Made by a program: the position numbers and the translations under genes. The notes under the pieces are model-generated. The model was not told the DNA's origin, ran no database searches, and saw only the letters and a program-made list of their open reading frames with translations. Source: Nitrospirota bacterium (lineage in GTDB: Bacteria > Nitrospirota > Nitrospiria > Nitrospirales > Nitrospiraceae). Taken from it: a DNA stretch of 64,000 bases. Below, piece by piece: positions 1 through 10,673 of this stretch. The stretch lies in assembly GCA_963701855.1 (NCBI GenBank), contig CAVPBK010000009.1, forward strand, positions 458,063-522,062, read 5' to 3'. The stretch's first letter is position 1; every line of letters begins with the position of its first letter.

Positions 1-287
1 CGGGCCACTTGCTCGACTTCTTTCGCCTGAAAGGCCCATTCAACGATGGGGGTCAGGAAATACAGCGCCTGGCTTCCGAGAAAGTTCATGGGACCGAGAG
101 ATTCCAAGAACACCGTTGCAGGAGCAGCCATGCCTCGTTTCACTACCGCATCGGCTACCCGTTCAAGCAGAGTATGGTCTTCGGTCGTAAGCACCTCGGC
201 TCCTGATTTAGTCGAAAAGGCATGGGAAATCTCCACGCGGACCTTGTCCCATGTTTCCGCCACTGATGCCTTGGAGAAAGAAGTCAT
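1..287 (-). CDS. Hypothetical protein, 3'-truncated by window edge
   Basis: Hand-translated open frame from ATG 287: MTSFSKASVAETWDKVRVEISHAF...LLERVADAVVKRGMAAPATVFLESLGPMNFLGSQALYFL; not in ORF track because it has no stop in the window. Confidence 0.7.
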   Translation of the reverse strand, partial: MTSFSKASVAETWDKVRVEISHAFSTKSGAEVLTTEDHTLLERVADAVVKRGMAAPATVFLESLGPMNFLGSQALYFLTPIVEWAFQAKEVEQVA

Positions 288-532
288 AACTGTCTGGAAA
301 GGCAGTCAAAGCCGACTAGCGAGCGGCATTATATTGAGGGGTCAGAGGAGAGTCAATAAATGCGCCGCTAGTTGTGCGAGACAGACGAGACTATTGAAAC
401 AGATTGATCTGGCTGGCTTGGCTCTTCTGGTTGTTCTGGTTCAAACAATCTTACATATGTGTTGCCGAGGTAACGGATCTCGTGCAAGAAAATGAATGCA
501 ACCCTGTCTCATTTTTTCAGCCAAGGCCTAAT

Positions 533-1105
533 TTATTGTGATGGTTGCTTCTTCAAATTAAAGTACAGCGTCCTCATCTCAGCTCCGCCAACGAAATTAT
601 GAGCCTTCCCCACCAGGGAAAGTTTCCCTCCGCCAAACATCCAATTTTCCTTACATCCCGTCTTGCCGAACTCCACGGCATAGACAAGTACGGCTGTCAC
701 GGGCACTTTGTTCTCCTGGTCTGGAGTAGGCTTAGTTTCCTGCGTTTCAAGGAGGAAATTTTTGTCCTCGACCTGGCCGCCATGTTCGCAAACGTAATGG
801 ACATTGCCGCTCAGGGTGATATCTTTCACGCCGCTGTTGAGATCTTCCACGGCCAGCGTCACCACGTATTGATCGCTGGACGGCACGTCAACAGACTGGC
901 CATCTTTCGCGATCACTCTTGTCTCCTTCGTCTGCATGTTATACGTCTGCCAGGCCATAGTCGGGGGAGACGCGTCAGAACCGGGAATCAAAACCCTGGG
1001 TATCGGCTGGGGACAGCCGACCAAGGAAAGGCCCAAGACGACAATGAGCCCAGGAAGCCCGAGCCGAACCAGATGCACATGACATGTCTTACCGTCCATC
1101 CTCAC
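533..1105 (-). CDS. Putative lipoprotein
   Basis: 190-aa ORF with hydrophobic stretch ending LSLVGC (lipobox-like). Confidence 0.65.
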   Translation of the reverse strand: MRMDGKTCHVHLVRLGLPGLIVVLGLSLVGCPQPIPRVLIPGSDASPPTMAWQTYNMQTKETRVIAKDGQSVDVPSSDQYVVTLAVEDLNSGVKDITLSGNVHYVCEHGGQVEDKNFLLETQETKPTPDQENKVPVTAVLVYAVEFGKTGCKENWMFGGGKLSLVGKAHNFVGGAEMRTLYFNLKKQPSQ

Positions 1106-1188
1106 ACCCTCCTTAACCCTCCTTAACCCTCACTTTTCATGAACGCTTCTGCTGCAATCGTGGATTCACCACTGTGACATAGTACAGG

Positions 1189-1596
1189 TTAATATCCCCG
1201 CCCGGTGCTTCCACCGCGTCCCATCCGATCAAGCGGGAGCGCCTCGTATCGTGCCTTTATGTCTGGATGCTCGTTGAGATAGCTCTTGACCGCCGCCTCA
1301 TCGGCGAAGACCTCCGGGCTGCGTTTTCGATATTCCTCGACCGTCAGATCGTACTTTGCCAAGAGCTTGCCGAGTTTCGTGTGGATATCCGCGCCCATTT
1401 CTTTCATCTGATCAGCTGATGGCCGCTGTCCCTCTTTGAACATCCCTCCACCCTGAAAGTAATTCGACATCATCTCACCGATATCAACACGAGCCTTCAC
1501 AAACTTTTCGACCTCAGCCGGCTCTGCCGCAAGGCCGGCACCTGAGAACAGCAGGACCCCCAACGAGATTCCGATGATGTTACGCGCCAGATTCAT
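1189..1596 (-). CDS. Exported hypothetical protein
   Basis: MNLARNIIGISLGVLLFSGAGLAA signal peptide; AAGGAG upstream. Confidence 0.7.
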   Translation of the reverse strand: MNLARNIIGISLGVLLFSGAGLAAEPAEVEKFVKARVDIGEMMSNYFQGGGMFKEGQRPSADQMKEMGADIHTKLGKLLAKYDLTVEEYRKRSPEVFADEAAVKSYLNEHPDIKARYEALPLDRMGRGGSTGRGY

Positions 1597-1966
1597 GGAT
1601 ATCGGCTCCTTTGAGAAATATGGATAAGCAATTCGTTTTGTGGAAGCAGCGCCTATCATATCATCCCGGGCAGACAAAAGATGGAGGGAGATGGAGCCTG
1701 ATGATCTTCTTTGCTCGCGCAACGCGCGGCCTCCGAAGGCTCTCGCCCGGACTAATGGCACGTCTCGGCGTGTCTTGGAAGGATCATTTGGAGAAATGCG
1801 GGTCGCTTGATGCACGCAGTACCGGGCCACTCCTTTATAACTTACCTCATCGATCGACCATCATGTCCACGGCACAACATAATACCGTCTGGCAGTTCTC
1901 GAATATTAGGTTTTCATGGTGCTGATTCTGCTAGGATAGCTGTGTGTCGTTTCTTGGCCTGCGAGA

Positions 1967-3019
1967 TTGATAGAAAGGACGTGTATCTTGAACCCAACAA
2001 AACTCATTGCCGCGATTATCGTGATTGCTCTGATCGGACTCCCGACCCTCTCCTTTGCGAGAGCGCGAGGCGGAGGATATGGTGGCGGATATTCCAGCGG
2101 TTCACGGAGCAGTGGCGCCCCAGGGAGCATGGGGAGCCGTGGATCTCGCACCTATGAGCAGAACGGCGCGAAGCCGATTGAACAGTCGGTCACTCCGAAG
2201 CCATCCGTGGCCACGCCACCATCAACGACCGGCGGCCAGGCTCCAACCGCCCAGCCAACGCCTACAAGGCAGCCCTCGTTTATGCAGCGAAATCCCCTGT
2301 TGGCTGGTCTCGCAGCCGGCATCGCCGGATCATATATCGGCAATATGCTGTTCGGAGCAACGAACAGCAGCGCGAGTACCACCAATACCGGAGAGCAGGC
2401 TGGTGAGGCCGCCACGACCTCCGGAGCCACCAGCTCCACTGGAATACTCCTCATTCTCATGCTCTTGGGAGCAGGAGCGTTCTTTTATTTCATGAAAGTA
2501 CGTCGACCCGTCCCTGATTTTTCTGGAATCACGCGAAACAGCGCCATCAGCGGCAGTCTGTTATCAGAGCCTTCCGCCACGACCCTCCAAACCACGGCAG
2601 TGGTCAGCGAAGTCACCTCCGCTGACAAGGCGGCTTTTCAACAACTGCTGACCGATATTCAAACGGCATGGAGCAACCAAGACCTCGCTGGATTACGGCG
2701 ATCCGTCACACCGGAAATGTTGTCGTATTTCAGTACCGCCTTGGCCGAACAGGCCAGCCTAGACATTGCAAATCATGTAGAGGACGTGGTGCTTGTACAG
2801 GCAGATGTCCGGGAAGCCTGGGTCGAAGACACGACGCGCTATGCGACGATAGGGCTTAGCTGGAGTGCCCGTGACTACACCGTATCCTTGACCAAACGGC
2901 GAGGAGATCCAGGGTATCTCGTCGAGGGCAGCGATGAGACGCCAACCAAGTCCAATGAAGTGTGGACATTCATGCGATACCAGGATGGGAAGTGGTTGCT
3001 CTCAGCGATTCAGCAATAG
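1967..3019 (+). CDS. Tim44-like domain membrane protein
   Basis: Signal peptide, ARARGGG..SMGSRGSRTY motif, two TM segments, C-terminal IQTAWS..LRRSVTPEM..EVWTF..WLLSAIQQ. Confidence 0.85.
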   Translation: MIERTCILNPTKLIAAIIVIALIGLPTLSFARARGGGYGGGYSSGSRSSGAPGSMGSRGSRTYEQNGAKPIEQSVTPKPSVATPPSTTGGQAPTAQPTPTRQPSFMQRNPLLAGLAAGIAGSYIGNMLFGATNSSASTTNTGEQAGEAATTSGATSSTGILLILMLLGAGAFFYFMKVRRPVPDFSGITRNSAISGSLLSEPSATTLQTTAVVSEVTSADKAAFQQLLTDIQTAWSNQDLAGLRRSVTPEMLSYFSTALAEQASLDIANHVEDVVLVQADVREAWVEDTTRYATIGLSWSARDYTVSLTKRRGDPGYLVEGSDETPTKSNEVWTFMRYQDGKWLLSAIQQ

Positions 3020-3257
3020 GAGAGAATGGGGAGCCCTGGCCGTCCTCCTGCTCGCGGAACGCGCACGATAAGAATGTGCTCGTTTGACGCGCGCAATCGA
3101 GGATCAGCAGGCTCCCCTGACAGAAGAAAAAGAAGCGAGCTGGGGAACTATTTGATGCAATGAAGCGATGGGCTCTGACGATTCCAGTGCGAAGCAGTTT
3201 TCTGGCCAGATTCTTATTGCAACCTTCAAAGACTAGATTACGCTAGACCGACACATG

Positions 3258-3571
3258 AACCCTCATTATTCACGAGAGTTCGTAACGAAACCGCTGAGAT
3301 GCTAAGCGAGACGGGTGCGCGGAGCCGCGAGGCGGGGTAACACCACGCCTGGGAGTTCCGAAGGGGGTGTGCCCCCTTCGTGGGGATTCTACAAGGGGGC
3401 TGGCCCCCTTGTAAGAGTGGGTGAGGCAGGCTTCTGGGCCGAGCCCACGAGGAAGGGAGGCATACTTGAAACAGTCCGTTGACCGACTGAGTGGCGAGCC
3501 TGCCCGCCGTATGGCTTGTCGCAACGGCGTATCGGCGGTTGGAGTAGAAGTCTTCGTGAATAATGCGGGTT
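3258..3571. mobile_element. MITE-like element with 19-bp imperfect terminal inverted repeats
   Basis: AACCCTCATTATTCACGAG (3258-3276) vs TTCGTGAATAATGCGGGTT (3553-3571); non-coding hairpin-rich interior. Confidence 0.7.
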
Positions 3572-3595
3572 AAAGCCGCCGGAAAGCTTGTCGTC

Positions 3596-4290
3596 TTACC
3601 CTACTCGTTGCCCTCGAAATTCCAAAATTGCATTTTCACCCCCCCGTTCATACAAATCGCACGGCCGATTATCTGTATCGACACAGTAGCAGTATGTTCG
3701 CTCTTTCAATTTCGCAATCTTCAGCCCCTTCTTGCGTGCTCGCCGAATGAAGTCAAGATCCTCCGCTAAGGGGAAATTGTGGAACCCATTCAATTTCTTG
3801 AACACAGACGTTCTGGCAAAAAATGTCCCACTTGCATAGGATTTGCTGAAATGAATCATCTTACCGGGACGCTGTGTATCAGGGACATACTACCTTTCGA
3901 CAGGGCCAACATACTCAATGCCTCCGTAGATCAACGCTGGCGAAGGCTTTTTCTCCATCGCTCGGATTCGTACCGACAGATGATATTCTCGATATTCATC
4001 ATCTGAATCTAAAAAAGTCACATACTCCCCTGAGGCAAGTGCAATACCGATATTCCGCGATCGTGCAAGACCTTTATTTGCGTGGTAGACATACCTGATG
4101 CGCGGGTCTGATTTCACAACCGGCATTGCAGCCTGCCCGAGATTGTCCGCACTGCCGTCGTCAATAATGATGAGCTCCCAGTTGTGGTAGGACTGTGTCA
4201 GTACCGACGCACGGGCACGGGCCACAAGGTGCGCGCGATTGTATACAGAGGATGACCGAGACAAGGGGTACATTATTAGGCTTGGAGACT
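3596..4290 (-). pseudogene. Glycosyltransferase family 2 pseudogene
   Basis: YNRAHL..IIIDDGS..FLDSDD motifs; in-frame TAG at 3890-3892 separates ORFs 3890-4273 and 3596-3859; 5' PLVSVIL motif lies in another frame. Confidence 0.8.
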
Positions 4291-4778
4291 GTTGTCTTCA
4301 TTCCCCAGAGAGCCAGCAAGCACGCCTGGACGAAACCAGGCTGTTTGGTTGATCTGATCTATTTAGTTGGTCTTGCGTATCTAGTTCATGTTGTTTACTT
4401 CGTTCGTCGGACCAAAAATACCAGAGAAACCGGGCAAACAGTACGAGCAAGAATGAACAAACAGACGAGCGAGGACCTGACTGAGCGGCGTATTCGCCGC
4501 ACTATTCGCTATCGCAGGCGCGTGTGTGGTAGAGTGTCCTGGCAATACCGAACGATGGATACGGCCATATCTTTCGCGTCTCGTTCCGTGCTGACGATGC
4601 CCCGTGGGATCGTTCTTGAATCTCGGCTGCTCCTCCGTCAACGCCGTGCCGATTCTTTTGGTTATCGATTCGAGGGCACTCGCAAGAGAAGAGCGCCTCG
4701 ACGTTTCCGCAACGGCGGGATGGGCGATCAAAAACCGATAGTTATTTTTCAATTAATAACAGAATACAGGGAGAGACC

Positions 4779-5123
4779 ATGACCATGAAGCCCGTGAAGC
4801 CCATACAGCCACGAACAACCACGGCCTGGGTCCGCATTCCTGATGGCACGAAGGTCAAGCACCGGCATGAGGGACATGTCGGATTCATCGATGGGCTCAC
4901 CGAGATTGTCAGCGGACCCAACCGAAATCCGGATGGAAAGACGCAATATCGTATGAATATAGGGGCGCCGGATCGGCAACTCGTGACCGAAGGCGACTTG
5001 TCTATCTTAATCGACGATGAAGATCTCGTCATCATGCTGCGACAGAAGGCGCCCTATCGCCGTGCTGTCACACAATCGCTGCACAGCGTGCTGGCACCGG
5101 ACCGCTTCGTCAAGCCAGCCTAG
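4779..5123 (+). CDS. Hypothetical protein
   Basis: 114-aa ORF, GGAGA upstream. Confidence 0.7.
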   Translation: MTMKPVKPIQPRTTTAWVRIPDGTKVKHRHEGHVGFIDGLTEIVSGPNRNPDGKTQYRMNIGAPDRQLVTEGDLSILIDDEDLVIMLRQKAPYRRAVTQSLHSVLAPDRFVKPA

Positions 5124-5243
5124 CAAATTCCGCAACACGCGAAACTGGCTGGAAAAGCGTGATCGGCAGGTTCAGAGCCGGCCTATCATGCACCTGTAAG
5201 GCTGGAGAGCTTCTTCAGCATACTGTGGGAGGGGGAGACAACC

Positions 5244-5492
5244 ATGACAGAAACCTGCTACGCCAAAGGCCAAAAAGTTATCTTGGTTACCAGCCAGACC
5301 AAAAACGGTAACTGGTTGTGCACGTTTTCGATTTCAGGATTCAGCCATCTTGCCGGCGGCCTGCATGGACAAGCTTCCTCGAAAGGCCACAAAACGGAAT
5401 GGGAAGCGAGAACTGATGCGTTTCAGCGCGCCAAGTTGTTCCTGGATGGGCCACAAGACATAATGCAGAGACACCCTCTAGCAAAGACCTAA
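5244..5492 (+). CDS. Hypothetical protein
   Basis: 82-aa ORF with GGAG upstream. Confidence 0.55.
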   Translation: MTETCYAKGQKVILVTSQTKNGNWLCTFSISGFSHLAGGLHGQASSKGHKTEWEARTDAFQRAKLFLDGPQDIMQRHPLAKT

Positions 5493-5623
5493 TCCGCATT
5501 ATTTTGTTAACGGCTTTCGTAAAATCACAGAGAAAACGTTCTTCTGACCGCCCTAGCCTTTAACCCCGCACCTCTCGCCTGAGCATCGGCCGTTGCAGTA
5601 GAAACCTTTGTGAATGATGTGCG

Positions 5624-5968
5624 TTATACCCAGGTTCTGTGGACCTCGCTGATGTGCTCTACCCCACCCACAGCGCTGATTTCCCACCGAACGTCATCCG
5701 GGATTGCGACCACCCGCAACTCTGCGCCATGGCCATTGGCAGTCCCACCGAGTTCCTCCACGACTTGGGCTAGCTTCAAATCATCGCGTGGGATGAGTTT
5801 TCCACACTGATTGAGGCTCGGCTCTCTCGTCGTCGCCGCCTCGGGCCAGTAGGCGCCTATATCTATTTCTTTGAGCGCGTCCTGCTGGCCTAGTTCACGC
5901 AATCGTAGGAAAGCCTGATGACTCACACAAAAACTGCCGTAACTCTTATTGATCACAATCTTTTTCAT
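5624..5968 (-). CDS. Hypothetical protein resembling a phage-associated family
   Basis: MKKIVINKSYG..RDDLKLAQVVEELG..LRVVAIPDDVRWEI..GVEHISEVHRTW; AAGGA upstream. Confidence 0.7.
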   Translation of the reverse strand: MKKIVINKSYGSFCVSHQAFLRLRELGQQDALKEIDIGAYWPEAATTREPSLNQCGKLIPRDDLKLAQVVEELGGTANGHGAELRVVAIPDDVRWEISAVGGVEHISEVHRTWV

Positions 5969-6069
5969 GGACCGATCCTTTCTGCTTTATCAGGGTTCTC
6001 GGTGTCGCGCTCTTCATGACCGGGCAGTGCATCAGCCCCACTTCCCTTACGATCAGCCTGCGCCATTCG

Positions 6070-6315
6070 TCAGGCTACCTTTACCGGGTCTGCATACTTA
6101 CTAGTGTAGTTCCCGGACCAATGAGAGTAGCGTCGGTTCGCCCAGGTATTGACTTCGGCATTCTCAGTTGTGCCATATCGCTTTGCCAGCACAGCGGTGA
6201 ACGTGCCTAGGTTCCCCTCGATCTCCAGAAGATCCTCGTCCGTAATCTTCCCCCACTTCGCTTTGAGTGGCGCCTTGAGTTGACTCCAAAACGCTTTGAA
6301 TTGTTCCTGATTCAT
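6070..6315 (-). CDS. CsbD-like general stress protein
   Basis: MNQEQFKAFWSQLKAPLKAKWGKITDEDL..LAKRYG. Confidence 0.8.
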   Translation of the reverse strand: MNQEQFKAFWSQLKAPLKAKWGKITDEDLLEIEGNLGTFTAVLAKRYGTTENAEVNTWANRRYSHWSGNYTSKYADPVKVA

Positions 6316-6701
6316 GGAGCACCCCTTTCTCGCGTGATGAAATAGAAACGTAGACTCACAGAATGGCCGAATCATCCCATCGACTAGACGCAATCCCTGC
6401 GCTCGTCAGAGACTGCAATAGTGGGCACGCAGAACGTGCGACAACCAATGGGAACACTGGCGTAGAAGCGGCGGAGACTGGAGAATCAGACGCACGGGAA
6501 CGTGGCGGGGAATGCTGTGCGAGAGATGGGACAGTCGGCGTAGCTCAGTACGTCTGTACCTAGCCTACAGTGCACAGAGGGAAAGAGTCAATGTGAGATA
6601 GATAGGAACTGGCTCTAACGACTGCCAGGCTGCGAAAAAACTTTGTGTGACACAATGAAAAGTCACTGACCAGCATGTCTTGTCTAATAGGGCGCAACTT
6701 T

Positions 6702-6827
6702 GCAGGATGCTCAAAAAGTCCGTCCAGCAAGGCCGCAGGCGAATCGAAACCGGAGGCGTACCTCAGGGATACGTTGAGGATTTCGATGAACCGAGAACGA
6801 AGCTGGCGGAATTTTTCAGCATCCTGC
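6702..6827. repeat. MITE/REP-like repeat, CAGGATGCTSAAAA family, copy 1
   Basis: GCAGGATGCTCAAAAA...TTTTTCAGCATCCTGC terminal inverted repeats. Confidence 0.8.
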
Positions 6828-6829
6828 CG

Positions 6830-7510
6830 CTAGATATCTGGGATCTGCCAATCAATCGGAGATAACCCGGCATCGGCAAGGTCTCGGTTGATCTGTGAGA
6901 AACAGCGGCATCCGTAAAACTTTCTGACAGCCAAGGGCGAAGGATGTGCGTTTGCGATCACGGTGTGGTGTGGTTGTGTAATTAACAGCCGTTTCTTCTG
7001 GGCTTCGCGTCCCCATAGCACGAAGACCACCCTTGCCTGCTTCGCCGTAACCAATTCGATAATACGATCGGTGAATAGTTCCCAGCCTTGTCCCTGGTGA
7101 GAATTGGCTTGGCCAGCCCGGACCGTGAGGACCGTGTTCAGCATGAGGACACCCTGTCTAGCCCAAGGTTCTAAATACCCATTATTGGGGATCCGACATC
7201 CGACATCGTTATGGAGCTCCCGATAGACGTTTCGCAACGAGAAAGGCAACGGACGAACAGTCGGTTGCACGGAAAAACAGAGGCCATGCGCATAGCCAGG
7301 GGTAGGATAGGGATCCTGGCCGATAAGCACCACGCGGACCTGGTCATAGGACGTTGAGGCCAATGCATTGAAGATGTCCTGGCGGGCCGGCAGGATCGTC
7401 TGCTCACTGGCCAGTTCTCTCTCAAGAAATGTATCAAGCGCGCGATAATATGGCTTGCGCGTCTCTTCTTTGAGGAAGGATCGCCAGCATAGAGGAATGG
7501 GAGGGAGCAT
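6830..7510 (-). CDS. ung: Uracil-DNA glycosylase (family 1)
   Basis: GQDPY, GLCFS, LNTVLTV, HPSPL motifs. Confidence 0.95.
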   Translation of the reverse strand: MLPPIPLCWRSFLKEETRKPYYRALDTFLERELASEQTILPARQDIFNALASTSYDQVRVVLIGQDPYPTPGYAHGLCFSVQPTVRPLPFSLRNVYRELHNDVGCRIPNNGYLEPWARQGVLMLNTVLTVRAGQANSHQGQGWELFTDRIIELVTAKQARVVFVLWGREAQKKRLLITQPHHTVIANAHPSPLAVRKFYGCRCFSQINRDLADAGLSPIDWQIPDI

Positions 7511-7728
7511 AGGAGAAACTGATACCACACAACCAACTGTAAAGCTCCCCACAAAATATAGATGCCTGCTTGATCCCTCCCCTGTGCAGACCGTTCCGTC
7601 GGCCGACTGTTTCTAATGATTCAGACTCTCCCGCTTGGAGATATCAGAACGAGGACACATATCTGCGAGCAATCAGACCCCCTCGCTATAACTCGCGCCC
7701 TTGCTCTGGGGAGAGCCCATAGAGGCTC

Positions 7729-8913
7729 CTAGAACGCGCCGCTCACAATCTCCTGATAGTAGGATTCCAGTATGACCGCGCGGGCTGGTTCGACAATCAC
7801 CAGCTGGCGTTGATCCAAGGTGTTGGCGCAATACAGATAGACGCTCCCTTCTGCCAAACCGAGTTCGACGTGCAGCTGACGGCCGTCTGATTCCTGGCGC
7901 GTGGTCTCTTTGAGGAGGTGCTTATCGTGCAACTGTTCCCATGCGCGCTGTGCGGAAGGCCAATGGTTCTCATAGAGCGGCGCGGCAGGATCGGTTGAAC
8001 CGGTCTTCAGCTGAGATCGATCGAATGGACGGCCTTCGTCTGGCTCTGGCAATTCATCCCAGACAATCTGACGCAAGGCTCCCCTCCCCAACACATAGAA
8101 CGGTCCATCGTCGGCAATTTCTTCGATGATACGATATCGAACCAATTTCGGCTGCTCGATCAGGCCAAGATCCCGTGCAGCCAAGGCCCGCTGTAATGGA
8201 ACTCGTCTAGCCAACTGACGGGTCTTCTCAAACACGATCATGCGACCCGTCTGGACCAAAGATGCGCTAAGCCGATCCAGCCGCATACTGATGCCAGTTC
8301 GCCGCTCAAAGTCCGCTTGCTGTTGACTCTCTCCTGCACGGTCAAAAGTTCTCCAACTGCGACTGGGAATGCCCGAGTCCTGTTCAGCTTGCACGAGGGC
8401 ATGCGTGGAAAGGATCAGATCATAGGAGCGAGTGGGCGCCGTGTGATCGAGATCGAGACATTCGAACCGTACGTTGGTCAGGCCAAGCGCCTTCGATTGT
8501 TCTTGCGCTCGCACAATCGAGTCTGGTGAGCGATCGATCCCGACGAAGGTCTTGTCGGTATACTGCCTCGCATAAAATGTCGTAAGGATGCCGACCCCAC
8601 AGCCCACATCCAGTATGGACCGGGCTTCACCGATGCAATCTGCTACACGCGCGCCGATAGCCAGATAATAGTCGTACTGTTGGCTATAGAGTACCGGCAG
8701 GATGTTCGAAGGTGTGGTGGCATTGTAGAACGCGACTTCGTCGGCAGAGGATCCGCCACGCTTCTGCTCCACCTGCCGATGCAATGCTGTGATCTCGGCC
8801 GGCGAGAGGATCTCCCTCTGCCACTGGAAATAGGCCTCGTCAGACGTGAACTGCCTGAGGCCCCACCAGGCCAAGTGCGAATGGAATGATTGCACCAGTG
8901 AGTCGCTGGTCAT
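7729..8913 (-). CDS. Class I SAM-dependent methyltransferase
   Basis: ILDVGCGVG motif I, GIDRS motif II; the ORF-track 5' extension overlaps a repeat. Confidence 0.8.
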   Translation of the reverse strand: MTSDSLVQSFHSHLAWWGLRQFTSDEAYFQWQREILSPAEITALHRQVEQKRGGSSADEVAFYNATTPSNILPVLYSQQYDYYLAIGARVADCIGEARSILDVGCGVGILTTFYARQYTDKTFVGIDRSPDSIVRAQEQSKALGLTNVRFECLDLDHTAPTRSYDLILSTHALVQAEQDSGIPSRSWRTFDRAGESQQQADFERRTGISMRLDRLSASLVQTGRMIVFEKTRQLARRVPLQRALAARDLGLIEQPKLVRYRIIEEIADDGPFYVLGRGALRQIVWDELPEPDEGRPFDRSQLKTGSTDPAAPLYENHWPSAQRAWEQLHDKHLLKETTRQESDGRQLHVELGLAEGSVYLYCANTLDQRQLVIVEPARAVILESYYQEIVSGAF

Positions 8914-8929
8914 TGATGAAGACTTGGCA

Positions 8930-9036
8930 CACCTGCCAAAAACGTTTTCCAGCAAGGCCACAAGGCGTGCGCAGTACGGGTACGTCCGGTGATTCAAGCG
9001 ACTGAAAACGAAGCATGAGAGCGTTTTCAGCAGGCG
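8930..9036. repeat. Degenerate copy of the CAGGATGCTSAAAA repeat family
   Basis: CCTGCCAAAAACG..TCCAGCAAGGCC..ACGAAGC..CGTTTTCAGCAGG resembles 6702-6827. Confidence 0.55.
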
Positions 9037-9037
9037 A

Positions 9038-10414
9038 CTACGGTCTTTTCATCATGATCGCGTCAAAGTACGCCTCCGGCACTGGATGCGGATAGCGCAG
9101 CTGTCCCGACCCGAAGCCAACATACTTTTCACAGGTTAATTGCTCAAGGCCGATCGGGCCTTTGGCATGGAGCCGCGAGCCGCTCAGCCCAATATCGGCG
9201 CCCATTCCATAACTGTCACCGGAATTGAGCCGGGACGACGCATTGACGAACACCGCGCTCGCATCCACTTCGCGGGTGAACCTCAAGGCTGACTCATAGC
9301 TCGTGGTCGCAATGACGGCGGTGAGACAGGGGCCATGCGCCACGATGTGTGCTAAGGCCTCATCTATGTTCGCGACCATTTTGACGGCCAACACGGCCCC
9401 CTGAAATTGGGTGGACCAATCCTCCTCCTTGGCCGGAATGATCGAGGCATGACCGGTCATCGCCATTTGTCCCATGAGGGCCATAGTTTTGGGACAGGCC
9501 CGCACTTCGATCTTGAACTCTTCGAGCATACGGTTGACCAACGGAGGCAAAAACTGCCGCCCGATCACCTGTTCTACGAGCAGTGTATCAAGCGAGTTCG
9601 ATGCCATGGCCTTCTGCACCTTGGAATTGATCGCCACGTTCTGCGCCATCGGCATATCGGTGTCGGCATCCACGTACATATGCGTGAGTCCCCCGTCATA
9701 ACACAGCACCGGCATCTTCGCCTGCTCGATGACGGCTTTCCGGAGACCGGACCCGCCACGCGGGATAACCGCGTCGAGACTTTTTCCCGCACGAATCAAC
9801 TCAACCGCCACCTCTTTTTCAGGACGTTCAACGATGACCCATGCCCCGGACGGCACTCCATTCTGTTCCGCGGCTTCGCGCAATCCTGTTCCAATAGCTT
9901 GCTGTGTCAGGCCCCACTCCGGCGCACCACGAAAGACACACAGGTTACCCGACTTGAAACAGAGCGCGATCGACTCCACCGTAACGAGTGGGCCCAGTTC
10001 TGACACGACGCCGATTACCCCGATCGGGACACGGACACGGCTGACTTGCAATCCGTCAGGACGTTCCCGTCGTGAGGTGACTGCGCCGACCGGATCTGGC
10101 AGATCCGCAATCATATGAAGTCGATCGACCATCTCCTTGATATCGTCTGCAGTCATGCGCAGGCGGGCCACGGCGGCTTTCATCCGGTCCTTCATGACAT
10201 CAGCTTCGAAGGATTTCCCAACTGCATCCACATCCTTCTCGTTCGCCGCCAGAATTGTTTCTTCGTCAGCCGCTAATCGATCCGCCATCGCCCGCAAGGC
10301 TTTCTCTTTAACAGGACCAGATAACAGTGCGAGTGTACGAGCTATGCTGGGACAATCTTTCAATAACTTATCAATGTAGAGCTTGACTGGAACTTCAGGC
10401 ATCTTCAACCTCAT
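9038..10414 (-). CDS. proA: Gamma-glutamyl phosphate reductase (ProA)-like protein, catalytic Cys apparently substituted
   Basis: RVPIGVIG, IPRGG, FVNASSR, LHAKGPIGLEQLT; canonical CNAxETLLV reads SNSLDTLLV. Confidence 0.8.
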   Translation of the reverse strand: MRLKMPEVPVKLYIDKLLKDCPSIARTLALLSGPVKEKALRAMADRLAADEETILAANEKDVDAVGKSFEADVMKDRMKAAVARLRMTADDIKEMVDRLHMIADLPDPVGAVTSRRERPDGLQVSRVRVPIGVIGVVSELGPLVTVESIALCFKSGNLCVFRGAPEWGLTQQAIGTGLREAAEQNGVPSGAWVIVERPEKEVAVELIRAGKSLDAVIPRGGSGLRKAVIEQAKMPVLCYDGGLTHMYVDADTDMPMAQNVAINSKVQKAMASNSLDTLLVEQVIGRQFLPPLVNRMLEEFKIEVRACPKTMALMGQMAMTGHASIIPAKEEDWSTQFQGAVLAVKMVANIDEALAHIVAHGPCLTAVIATTSYESALRFTREVDASAVFVNASSRLNSGDSYGMGADIGLSGSRLHAKGPIGLEQLTCEKYVGFGSGQLRYPHPVPEAYFDAIMMKRP

Positions 10415-10673
10415 GAAACGTCAAACGCAAAATGTGATTTCACACAGTGACTGCAGCATAATGAGCAGGGACTATAGCATGCGATTTTTTCGCAGGTAAA
10501 GCAGGAGGAGGGTACCTTGCCGGGCTAAGACCAATCCCTCCCATCCCCTGAGTTGCGCCAACGAGCCAGAACCCGTTACTACGTGCCATGCAGTGACCAC
10601 CATTCCCAACCAAAAAGAAAATTTGCTAGAATGCGCCGGACGAAGAGACTTGTAGCCTACTCACGGATATTTA

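Noticed and set aside
1107..1130. CCCTCCTTAA tandem duplication
   Set aside because: Short local duplication of the ribosome-binding region; no wider pattern
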